Notes under the pieces: model-generated
Database searches by the model: none
What the model was told of the DNA's origin: nothing
What the model saw: only the letters and a program-made list of their open reading frames with translations
Assembly: GCA_964347035.1 (NCBI GenBank)
Contig: CAYFXE010000002.1
Location: 17,692-81,691, forward strand
DNA from: an uncultured Eubacteriales bacterium
GTDB taxonomy: Bacteria; Acidobacteriota; Aminicenantia; Aminicenantales; Aminicenantaceae
Direction: 5' to 3'
DNA: 64,000 nt
Program-made: the position numbers and the translations under genes
Shown here: positions 27,084-35,207 of the stretch, in pieces
How the letters are laid out: each line of letters opens with the position of its first letter
Numbering within the stretch: the stretch's first letter is position 1

Positions 27084-27622
27084 CCCCCGAAAGATGGTTT
27101 TAAGATCTCCCTGAGTTTCATCTGAGCTCTGGCCAGACGAGAGAGGATAGTTCCGACAGGTAGATTGAGTATCTGGGCTGTTTCCTCGGTGGAATAGCCG
27201 TCGATCAGTCGCAGCACCAGAACTGTCCGGAACTTATGATCGAGTTTTTGAAGGGCCTGGTGGACTATCTGTTTCGTTTCCTTTTGATTCCTAGGGTTAT
27301 TCGTATCAGGAATATTTTCTGTTGTATCATCCGTTTTTGAAAAAAAGAATTTTCGGCAGCGCTGGCGACGTCGGATTTCATTGATAGACAGATTGATGGC
27401 AATACGGGTCAGGTATGTGCCCACACTGGATTCTCCTCTGAATTTATCTAGCGATTGATAAAAACGGATGAAAGTTTCCTGTCCGATGTCTTCAGCTTCT
27501 TGACAATGTCCTAACATTCCAATCACCGTGGCTGCCACTCGAGCCTCATATTTTTTTACGAGTTCTTTGAATGCTTCCTGATTTCCACGTCGGGCCTCGT
27601 TGATTAATTCCTGATCGCTCAG
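27080..27622 (-). CDS. ECF-type sigma-70 family sigma factor, probably with a CTG start
   Basis: The conserved N-terminus 'LSDQELINEARRGNQEAFKELVKKYEARV' is encoded upstream of the ORF-track GTG at 27538. GGGGAGG lies 5 nt before the CTG at 27622. No ATG, GTG or TTG is in frame before the upstream stop. Confidence 0.75.
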   Translation of the reverse strand: MSDQELINEARRGNQEAFKELVKKYEARVAATVIGMLGHCQEAEDIGQETFIRFYQSLDKFRGESSVGTYLTRIAINLSINEIRRRQRCRKFFFSKTDDTTENIPDTNNPRNQKETKQIVHQALQKLDHKFRTVLVLRLIDGYSTEETAQILNLPVGTILSRLARAQMKLREILKPSFGG

Positions 27623-27905
27623 TTTTTCCTCCCCTAAACAGCAACTGTCCTATTTTCTTGTTGTCTCCTTCAGGCCTTTCCTACTTTCTTAGACAATGTT
27701 TTCAATCGATTTATTCCAAGAGATTATAGAACATACATTTGACACAAGACAAGAAACGAGGAGAGCAAAACATCTCTATTCCGAAGGCCTTTTATTTTTT
27801 CGAAAGGAAGAAAATCAGAACCTTGACCGTCCAATTAATATGAAAAGAAAACAGAAAAAGAGGATTGTCCCCGTTTTCGAGCAAGGAGTAGAATAGGAGA
27901 AAGAC

Positions 27906-28568
27906 ATGATAATAAAAATTGGACTCACTCTCCTGTTGATATCTTTGTGTTTTGGGATGCCTTTTTTGGCCCCTGGATTTTTTCCGCAGGCTGATACGAC
28001 AGAACGTCTCGATGAAAAGGTCAAAAATTTTCTAGAGAACCACAGATACAGATGGAGAAATATGAATGTTTCCGAAGAAGATGGGAAGGTTCTGTATGAT
28101 CTTGTCATCAAAAACAACTACACAAAAGCCCTTGAAATAGGCACCTCGACCGGCCATTCGGCGATCTGGATTGCCTGGGCGCTCAGCAAAACTGGGGGGA
28201 AGTTGATTACAATCGAAATAAACGAATGGCGGTACAGACAGGCGCTGGAAAATTTTGAAGCAGCCGGACTGTCCGACTACATCGATGCCAGGTTGGCCGA
28301 TGCCCATGAACTCGTTCCGAAATTGGAAGGACCTTTCGATTTTGTTTTTTGTGATGCTGATAAGAATTGGTACAAGAATTACCTGATAGCCGTGTATCCA
28401 AAGCTTGAGGTCGGTGGGTGTTATACAGCGCATAACGTCCGGGGAGGAAGGAGGTGGGGAATCGGAGAATTCCTAGATTATCTGGACAGCCTTCCTGACA
28501 TGGAAACCACGATAGCTGAGTCAAGCTGGTCAGGCATCTCGATCAGCTATAAAAAAGCCGAAAAGTAG
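27906..28568 (+). CDS. class I O-methyltransferase (caffeoyl-CoA OMT-like) with N-terminal signal/anchor
   Basis: 'ALEIGTSTGHSAIW', 'GGKLITIE' and 'FDFVFCDADKNWY' are typical of the Methyltransf_3/24 family. The N-terminus is hydrophobic. Confidence 0.75.
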   Translation: MIIKIGLTLLLISLCFGMPFLAPGFFPQADTTERLDEKVKNFLENHRYRWRNMNVSEEDGKVLYDLVIKNNYTKALEIGTSTGHSAIWIAWALSKTGGKLITIEINEWRYRQALENFEAAGLSDYIDARLADAHELVPKLEGPFDFVFCDADKNWYKNYLIAVYPKLEVGGCYTAHNVRGGRRWGIGEFLDYLDSLPDMETTIAESSWSGISISYKKAEK

Positions 28569-28610
28569 AAATAAAGCAAAATCAGACAAATCCATTAAAA
28601 TAAAAGCACG

Positions 28611-29165
28611 ATGAAAAAGGAAAATTCAGGAAGAAAATACTTAGTCGGCTGTTGCGGGTTATATTGCGGTTTGTGTACAAAGTTCCAGTCAAAAGCAAGG
28701 AGTCGGTGTGTGGGCTGTAAGCGTGGCGAACAGCATTCATGGTGCAGCATTTGGAATTGTTGTGTGAAAAAACGAGGATATGAAACTTGTGCTGAATGTC
28801 CGGATATTTTCCTCTGTAACATTTTTACGAGAAGAAAAGTTCACGAGTGGATTCCAGCCGCTGAGAACTTTCGTTTCATTAAAGAAAATGGCCTAGAAAT
28901 CTGGCTCAAAGAACAGGAGGAAAGGCAAGCTTTGGCTAAGAAATTACTCAAGGATTACAATGAGGGACGATCCATGCGCTTTTATTGTCATGCCTGCACA
29001 TTAATGCCAACAGATTTAATCCATAAGGCAATAAAAGAATCCGAGAAACTGATGGACCAAGAGAGAGTGGATAAATCTGATCTAAAAGAAAAGGCTAAGT
29101 TGGTAAAGACGATCATAAAAGAATTGGCCTTAAAAGAAGGAATCGACTTAAGTTATCCCTCTTAG
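28611..29165 (+). CDS. DUF3795-like Cys-rich protein
   Basis: 'CGLYCGLC...CVGCK...WCSIWNCC...CAECP' cysteine pattern. Confidence 0.65.
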   Translation: MKKENSGRKYLVGCCGLYCGLCTKFQSKARSRCVGCKRGEQHSWCSIWNCCVKKRGYETCAECPDIFLCNIFTRRKVHEWIPAAENFRFIKENGLEIWLKEQEERQALAKKLLKDYNEGRSMRFYCHACTLMPTDLIHKAIKESEKLMDQERVDKSDLKEKAKLVKTIIKELALKEGIDLSYPS

Positions 29166-29178
29166 TTGAGAGATAATC

Positions 29179-29712
29179 ATGAGGGTTAAAGGAGACGAAG
29201 TGGTTCTGCGGCCTATGAAGCCCGAGGAAGTCGATCTCATTCATGAATGGGCCAATAATCCGGACGTCATGCCCTTCTGGTACGGAAAGAAAAAAACATT
29301 TGACCAAATCAAAGAGGACTGGAAGCCTCATTATTTTTCAGACGAGGATTCCTATTCCGGAAGGTGTTTTGCTATCGAAGTCGATAAAAAACCGATCGGC
29401 ATGATCAGTCACAACAAGATCGACAGAGACAACAAAAGCACGGATATCGATATCGTCATCGGGAAAAAAGAACACTGGGGAAAGGGATACGGGACAGATG
29501 CCCTGAGCGTATTCATCAGCTTCCTTTTCGAGACGTTCAACCTCAACAGGATATGGCTGGCCGCTTATGTTTATAATCGACGCGCTATCAAAGCTTACCA
29601 GAAAGTCGGCTTCAAAAAGGAAGGTATCCTGCGTGAGGATGCCTTGATTGACGGAGAATTCGTCGATTCTGTCCTTTTCGCTATCCTACGCAAAGACATC
29701 ACAAAGTCATAA
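29179..29712 (+). CDS. GNAT-family N-acetyltransferase (RimJ/RimL-like)
   Basis: 'IHEWANNPDV', 'WGKGYGTDA' and 'YNRRAIKAYQKVGFKKEG' motifs. Confidence 0.8.
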   Translation: MRVKGDEVVLRPMKPEEVDLIHEWANNPDVMPFWYGKKKTFDQIKEDWKPHYFSDEDSYSGRCFAIEVDKKPIGMISHNKIDRDNKSTDIDIVIGKKEHWGKGYGTDALSVFISFLFETFNLNRIWLAAYVYNRRAIKAYQKVGFKKEGILREDALIDGEFVDSVLFAILRKDITKS

Positions 29713-29866
29713 GCTTCTCATCCTTATAAGTCCAATCGCAAATACATTAGTATTGATACAAATAGATACAATAAGCTCAATTTTCCACAGAAGAGTTCGA
29801 TCCACCACATGTATAATCAACTGTTATGATTAAAATTATAGACACCAAAAAAAATCAATTTTTTGC

Positions 29867-29895
29867 TTGACAGCTTTCTGGATGTTATGTATTAT
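29867..29895 (+). promoter_or_regulatory. sigma-70-type promoter of the GntR gene
   Basis: TTGACA, a 17-nt spacer, then TATTAT. The short palindrome TATTG-TAG-CAATA (29895-29907) follows immediately. Confidence 0.6.
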
Positions 29896-29923
29896 ATTGT
29901 AGCAATACAAAAGGAGCAGTCGG

Positions 29924-30286
29924 ATGCTTAAGATAAATTTCAGTTCTCCCATCCCCCTCTATGAGCAGCTCGTGAATGAAATCAAGAGGATGATCGATAA
30001 TGGAGAGATCAAAACGGGAGAAGCCCTTCCTCCTGTAAGACGTTTGGCTTCGCAGCTTGACATTGCTGTGAATACAGTGGCCAGAGCTTATCAAGAGTTG
30101 AGAAAACTGGAATTGATAGGGGGAAGCAGAAGGAAGGGAAGTATTGTTCAAAAAAACATCTTTGAAGTATCAGATGACTATACCAAAATTTTCAAAGAAA
30201 CCATTCTGAAGCTTATCCAAAAAGGGATGGACAGAACGCAAATCGAAGCCATCTTTAAAAAGAACTTAAGTCAGATTTTTGATTAA
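29924..30286 (+). CDS. short GntR-family transcriptional regulator (YhcF-like)
   Basis: 'PLYEQLVNEIKRMIDNGEIKTGEALPPVRRLASQLDIAVNTVARAYQEL' is a winged HTH. Confidence 0.85.
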   Translation: MLKINFSSPIPLYEQLVNEIKRMIDNGEIKTGEALPPVRRLASQLDIAVNTVARAYQELRKLELIGGSRRKGSIVQKNIFEVSDDYTKIFKETILKLIQKGMDRTQIEAIFKKNLSQIFD

Positions 30287-30298
30287 TCAGGAGGCATC

Positions 30299-31069
30299 AT
30301 GGTGAGTATGTATTTTGTGTATTTGTTACTGGGCCTGACAGGGTTTCTGTGGATCTGTTTGCTCATAGTAACACTCTATCAAACAAACACATCTATACTG
30401 AGAAAAAAGGGATACGATGAGGAGTATATTGCGTTCTTAAAGGAAGATAGTAAAGAACGGAATCTGGGGATCGCGGTCGCTGTCCCTCTTATCCTCGTTT
30501 TTTCGGGCTTTGTGGTCTGGCTAATATTTGGTGAATTGTCTTCCATGAAGCATCTGTTTCTCTTAGTCGTCATTTGGTTTTTGTGTATCATTCCGTTCCC
30601 GATCCTAGATGCGAAAAAGACAAAACATAAACTTAAAGAACTGGCGATGAAAACCAAGTCGGACATTGTGGTGGATTTAAACTACGCTATTCTTCACCTT
30701 GTATTCAGACCTTCGTGGGAATTAGCAGCCGCTCTTCTTTACATTTTATACTTTGCTTTATTTTTTCGCTGGTTCCATCCGGCTGTGGTCCACTTCGTGC
30801 TTCTTTGGATATTTTATGCCACTGCGAGATCAGGGAAATATTTGATCAAACCTTCACTGAGAGACAGCTATCTGTATAATTTCTTCTTTATGGTTATCAA
30901 TCACATTTTGCTCATTTTTCAGGCTATTTGGCATATGGTCTTAAGGCAGGCTCTTATGGGCTGGCAGCACTATGTATTTGGCGTTCTATTGATTGTCATT
31001 CTGCTGGGAAAATTAATATATTATTTATCTAATTTTCCTAGATTCAAAAGGAAACTGACCTATTCCTGA
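30299..31069 (+). CDS. integral membrane protein, unknown function
   Basis: Six or more TM helices. It starts 12 nt after the GntR stop. Confidence 0.55.
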   Translation: MVSMYFVYLLLGLTGFLWICLLIVTLYQTNTSILRKKGYDEEYIAFLKEDSKERNLGIAVAVPLILVFSGFVVWLIFGELSSMKHLFLLVVIWFLCIIPFPILDAKKTKHKLKELAMKTKSDIVVDLNYAILHLVFRPSWELAAALLYILYFALFFRWFHPAVVHFVLLWIFYATARSGKYLIKPSLRDSYLYNFFFMVINHILLIFQAIWHMVLRQALMGWQHYVFGVLLIVILLGKLIYYLSNFPRFKRKLTYS

Positions 31070-31198
31070 TAATAAAACGAAAACATAGGCCTTCATTACA
31101 CCTATCCTTAATTCGTTTGTTCTCGTATCACGGATTTGGAAATGCTTACGAGATGATAGTGTTGATTCCAGATAAAGATTCATGTAAGTTAGATTTCT

Positions 31199-31813
31199 AT
31201 GTCTGAGAATATCTTCAAGATCGTTTACGTCATCGGCTTTGTAGCAGGATCTGTCATCCGGAATTCATGCGTATCTCGGGTTCCCCGCTGGTGGAAGAAG
31301 AAGCAGAACCTTGTCCAAGAAAAAGAGAGTGCACTGGATAAGTTAATCATGATTCCGGTTTTTCTGGGGATGGTTGTCATTCCGATTCTGTATTTGGTTA
31401 CATCCTGGCTGGACGCTGTCGATTATCACTTGCCAAATTGGGCCGGATTCGTGGCCGGTGGATTTGGAGTGGTATTTTTTGCTCTTGCCTTGTGGTTTCT
31501 TTGGCGATCCCACTTTGACCTCGGGCATAACTTTTCACCGGAACTCAAGATTAAGGAAAACCATGATCTCGTCACCAGTGGTGTGTATGCTCATATCCGG
31601 CATCCGATGTACTTGGCTCACTTCCTCTGGGCGATTGGTCAAGCCCTGCTTCTCCAGAACTGGATCGCGGGCTGGGCTTTTCTGGTGGCTTTCTTTCCCG
31701 TTTATCTACAGCGTTATCAGAAGGAAGAAAAGATGTTGAGCGACCAATTCGGTGAGGAGTACCGTGCATACATCCGTCGTACCGGTCGTATCCTTCCACG
31801 TTTTCGAAGATAA
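31199..31813 (+). CDS. isoprenylcysteine carboxyl methyltransferase (ICMT/PEMT)-family membrane methyltransferase
   Basis: 'VTSGVYAHIRHPMY' and 'QKEEKMLSDQFGEEYRAYIRRTGR'. Confidence 0.8.
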   Translation: MSENIFKIVYVIGFVAGSVIRNSCVSRVPRWWKKKQNLVQEKESALDKLIMIPVFLGMVVIPILYLVTSWLDAVDYHLPNWAGFVAGGFGVVFFALALWFLWRSHFDLGHNFSPELKIKENHDLVTSGVYAHIRHPMYLAHFLWAIGQALLLQNWIAGWAFLVAFFPVYLQRYQKEEKMLSDQFGEEYRAYIRRTGRILPRFRR

Positions 31814-31890
31814 ACCATCTATCGATTAATGATCTGCCCTCGCCTGTTCCTATGTTTTTGAAAAAGGGGGGCTTGTTCGCTTTTTTTTAT

Positions 31891-31928
31891 CTGGATTCCC
31901 ACTTTCGTGGGAACAAGCCTGGATTCCC
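31891..31928. repeat. GGAATCC hairpin repeat unit (reverse orientation)
   Basis: CTGGATTCCCACTTTCGTGGGAACAAGCCTGGATTCCC is the reverse complement of the unit type seen at 22474-22508. Confidence 0.75.
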
Positions 31929-32063
31929 ATTGTTTTGATTTTCTCTGGTGAGGCGTCTAAAATTCATACACTATAGCCAGAGAGAACATTTTTATTTTTT
32001 TTGGATTAATTTTAAATTACTGAAATTATTAAAAATATATCGATTTTAGAATAAATTCCGATC

Positions 32064-32079
32064 TGGCATCTTTTTTGCA
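32064..32079 (+). promoter_or_regulatory. sigma-54 (-24/-12) promoter motif
   Basis: TGGCATCTTTTTTGCA. The GG (32065-66) and GC (32077-78) are exactly 12 nt apart. It lies 46 nt upstream of the 32125 ORF. Confidence 0.65.
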
Positions 32080-32124
32080 TGGTCAAAAGTGGTGAGGGAA
32101 AATGGGATCAACAGGGACTGAAGG

Positions 32125-32994
32125 TTGACATATCAAAAAAAATACAAAGGATTGAACGTCAGTGAACTTAAGGTTAGCGTTTTGTTGGCTATCCTCATCT
32201 TGGTTCTCTCCGCTGCTACAAATTCTTGTTTATCGTTTAAATTTCTCAGGTCTATATCTAGGGAAGATTATTTCAGCCAACCCCGGAATGATCCGTATGT
32301 CCTGGAATTAAGAGAAGGGACATCCGAACTTCTTTATTACGGCGCTTTTCATAAGGTCGACCTGGAACACCCTCAGTTCATGGATATCGAGGAGAGGTGG
32401 AAAAAATTTCAACCAACAGTTGCTTTCTGCGAGGGCATTATCTGGCCATTGGAAAAATCACGTAAAGAGGCCATTCGTAAACACGGCGAACAAGGACTCC
32501 TAAGATTTTTAGCCTCTCGTGATAACATCCCCATGAAATGTCTCGATCCTCCTCTGTATCGTCAGGCGGAGTATCTCAGAAGACGTTTCATTCCCAGCCA
32601 CATCAAAATTTACTTTATCTTGCGACAGGCTGCTATTAACCGGATGTTAAGAAGAGATATTGATGATTTAAGATATGTCGGTCGATTACTGAGAAGTTTT
32701 AAGGGGGTAAGTGGGTACGATTGCCCCCCGAATTCATTAGTTGATTTTGAATTTCTTGTCTCTAAGGTTTTTCCCGATCTTAGTGACTGGAGGATGATTT
32801 CTCCTTCTTTCTTTCATTCAGTGGAGCAAGGAAAATTCCTGGCCAAAATTCATCGCCAGCTGAATGAATTCCGAGATGATATCATGATTCGCAATATTAT
32901 GAACGCCTTGAAAAAAGGTGAGAGAGTTTTTGCATTGGTTGGGCGAAGTCATGTGGTGATGCAGGAACAGACCTTACGCACCGTGCTTAAATAA
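32125..32994 (+). CDS. hypothetical exported protein (weak TraB/Tiki/ChaN-like resemblance)
   Basis: TTG start on the track; the start is uncertain. Hydrophobic N-terminus. 'GAFH...CEG' and C-terminal 'LVGRSHV' recall the GxxH motifs of the Tiki/TraB superfamily. Confidence 0.4.
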   Translation: MTYQKKYKGLNVSELKVSVLLAILILVLSAATNSCLSFKFLRSISREDYFSQPRNDPYVLELREGTSELLYYGAFHKVDLEHPQFMDIEERWKKFQPTVAFCEGIIWPLEKSRKEAIRKHGEQGLLRFLASRDNIPMKCLDPPLYRQAEYLRRRFIPSHIKIYFILRQAAINRMLRRDIDDLRYVGRLLRSFKGVSGYDCPPNSLVDFEFLVSKVFPDLSDWRMISPSFFHSVEQGKFLAKIHRQLNEFRDDIMIRNIMNALKKGERVFALVGRSHVVMQEQTLRTVLK

Positions 32995-33185
32995 ATCAAA
33001 TAAGGTGTTCTTTTCCGTCTTTTTTAGCTCATTTCTCTTGATAATCACCCTCAAAAATCGTATCTTCATGTGATGACAGATTTCTCTCAATTGCGTATAT
33101 TCTGAGTGAGGAAAAAAACAAAATGATAAATAATCAAAGATTCCATGATTTCTTAAAACCATGTTGAATCTCTTGGGGGGAAGCC

Positions 33186-33995
33186 ATGAGTTCAAAAAGA
33201 CTATTAAATATGAGGGTGAGCGCAGGGAATCTGATGAAATACCTGGTTTTCCCGGCAGTGGGGATTTTAATCCTCTCGTCTTTTCTATTCCCACAGGAAT
33301 TGACCGGCGAAGAAATCATCCAGAAAGTCAACGACTTATACAACCCAGAGACGAGCTATGCCAAATCCAAGATGACGATCGTTACCACTTCTGGCCAAAA
33401 GAGGACTTTTCTATCTGAATCGTGGAGTATGAACAAGGGCGAGAAGAATCTTGTCCGCTATCTGGAGCCAAAAAGGGTCAAGGGACAGGCCGTCTTGATG
33501 CTCAACAACGCCGATGATATCTGGATGTTTTTCCCTCGGACGCAACGGGTGCGCAAGCTCGCTACCCATGCTAAAAAGCAGAAAATGCAGGGAAGCGATT
33601 TTTCGTACGAGGACATGGGAAGCGGCGATGCCTTCATCCAAGATTTTACATCTCGAAGGCTCGAGGACGAAGAAATGGAAGGATATGACTGTTACAAGCT
33701 TGAACTCACCCGAGTGGCGGACAGTGATCTTTCTTACTCGAGGCTCATCATCTGGGTCATCAAAGACAACTTTGTGCCGGTGGTCATTGATTATTACGAT
33801 GAGGATGATCCGGACCGATGGCTGAAGAGGCTGGTCGGGAGTGATATCCGGACTATCGATGGCATCCCGACGGCGATGAAGATCGTCATGTCTAACCAAG
33901 AGGATAACACCCAGACCGAAATGGAGATCGTGGAAATTAAATACAACATCGAGTTGAGCGCAGATATGTTTACCGAAAGGAGATTGAAAAAGTGA
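33186..33995 (+). CDS. LolA-like outer-membrane lipoprotein-sorting family protein
   Basis: '...LVRYLEPKRVKGQAVLMLNNADDIWMFFPRTQRVRKL...GSDFSYEDMG' is typical of the LolA_like family. The start may be the Met at 33234. Confidence 0.7.
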   Translation: MSSKRLLNMRVSAGNLMKYLVFPAVGILILSSFLFPQELTGEEIIQKVNDLYNPETSYAKSKMTIVTTSGQKRTFLSESWSMNKGEKNLVRYLEPKRVKGQAVLMLNNADDIWMFFPRTQRVRKLATHAKKQKMQGSDFSYEDMGSGDAFIQDFTSRRLEDEEMEGYDCYKLELTRVADSDLSYSRLIIWVIKDNFVPVVIDYYDEDDPDRWLKRLVGSDIRTIDGIPTAMKIVMSNQEDNTQTEMEIVEIKYNIELSADMFTERRLKK

Positions 33996-35182
33996 AGAGA
34001 TGGATTCTGGCAATAGTGATTTTTTCTTTTTGTTTTTCGCCTCTCGCTGCCCAGCTTGAGTTGGATCTTTTCGGATATTTCGAGTCTCAAATCTCAGGGG
34101 CTAAGATCAGAGGGAATTTCTACCAGCTTTACACCAATAAGCTGCGGGTGGACCTGAAATCTGCTCTCTCGGATAACATTACGTTTGCGGCCAATTTTGA
34201 TTACATCACCTATCACGGCAAGACCGAATGGAACATACTGGAATTCCTATCCCCCAGCATCACGTCGTCTATTCCGACCAGTATGCAGCCCTTTTATGTC
34301 CTCAATTTTTCTAACCGGAATTTTCTCGACAACGCTTATATCAAATTTTCTTCCGAGTATTTTGACCTCACGGTCGGGAAACAACAGATTTCTCTGGGCA
34401 CTGGGTATGTCTGGAACCCGACCGATGTCTTCAACATCAAGGATCTCCTCGACCCCACCTACGAACAACCCGGCCACAACGCCATCCGCCTGGACGTTCC
34501 GTTGGGGACGATATACACTTTCACGGCCCTGTACTCGCCCGATGATACCTGGAAGGAATCGGGCAAGCTGGTCCAGTTCAAAGGAAGAATTTCTCATTTT
34601 GATTATGCTTTTATCGTGATAGAGAAGGCCTGGCGCTTCCACGATTACACACGATTTAACTTACTCGAGATGAATTTTTTGGAATTACCCGAGAAACGGC
34701 AGCTGTTTGGAGGAAACACGGCTGGGGAACTCCTCGGCCTAGGAGTTTGGGTCGAGTATGCCTATAACAAAATGGAACTTTCAAAGGACTTCTACGAACT
34801 TGTGATCGGGACAGATTACACCTTTGATTTCCAGACCTACGTGATGGTCGAATACTACCGGAATACCTTGGGGAAAACAGATTATGAACAATATACGATC
34901 AATGATTGGATGCGGTTGTTTGCCCAAGAACAGAAGGCCGTTTCCCGCGACCAAGTCTATGCGTTTGTTCAGCATCCTGTGACGGACTTGATGAATTTGG
35001 GAATATCGAGCGTCTACAGCATTTCAGATAACAGCATTGCCTTGATACCTACCCTGAATTACTCCCTCTCGGACAATGTGGATGTTTTCGCCTACTTGAA
35101 TTTTAACTTCGGCAAGGAAGGGAAAGTTTTTGCCAGGAGTATGAGTGATGGGGGGTTGCTCCGAGTTCGCGTTTATTTCTAA
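33992..35182 (+). CDS. putative outer-membrane beta-barrel protein
   Basis: GTGA overlap with the upstream gene; signal peptide; alternating amphipathic pattern; terminal '...RVRVYF'. Confidence 0.55.
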   Translation: MKRWILAIVIFSFCFSPLAAQLELDLFGYFESQISGAKIRGNFYQLYTNKLRVDLKSALSDNITFAANFDYITYHGKTEWNILEFLSPSITSSIPTSMQPFYVLNFSNRNFLDNAYIKFSSEYFDLTVGKQQISLGTGYVWNPTDVFNIKDLLDPTYEQPGHNAIRLDVPLGTIYTFTALYSPDDTWKESGKLVQFKGRISHFDYAFIVIEKAWRFHDYTRFNLLEMNFLELPEKRQLFGGNTAGELLGLGVWVEYAYNKMELSKDFYELVIGTDYTFDFQTYVMVEYYRNTLGKTDYEQYTINDWMRLFAQEQKAVSRDQVYAFVQHPVTDLMNLGISSVYSISDNSIALIPTLNYSLSDNVDVFAYLNFNFGKEGKVFARSMSDGGLLRVRVYF

Positions 35183-35207
35183 TCGGTGGAGATGAAGGAG
35201 AAGAAAA

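Noticed and set aside
27696-27896. 66-aa ORF between the ECF operon and the O-methyltransferase gene.
   Set aside because: It has no ribosome-binding site and low-complexity basic content, and it overlaps the likely promoter regions of both neighbours.
33411-34013. Long antisense ORFs inside well-supported genes. Examples: 81-542, 33411-34013, 48007-48480, 52476-52973, 59481-59966.
   Set aside because: Each lies opposite a gene with clear family-level motifs. They have no SD site or signal features and their composition is typical of shadow frames, so they were treated as non-coding.
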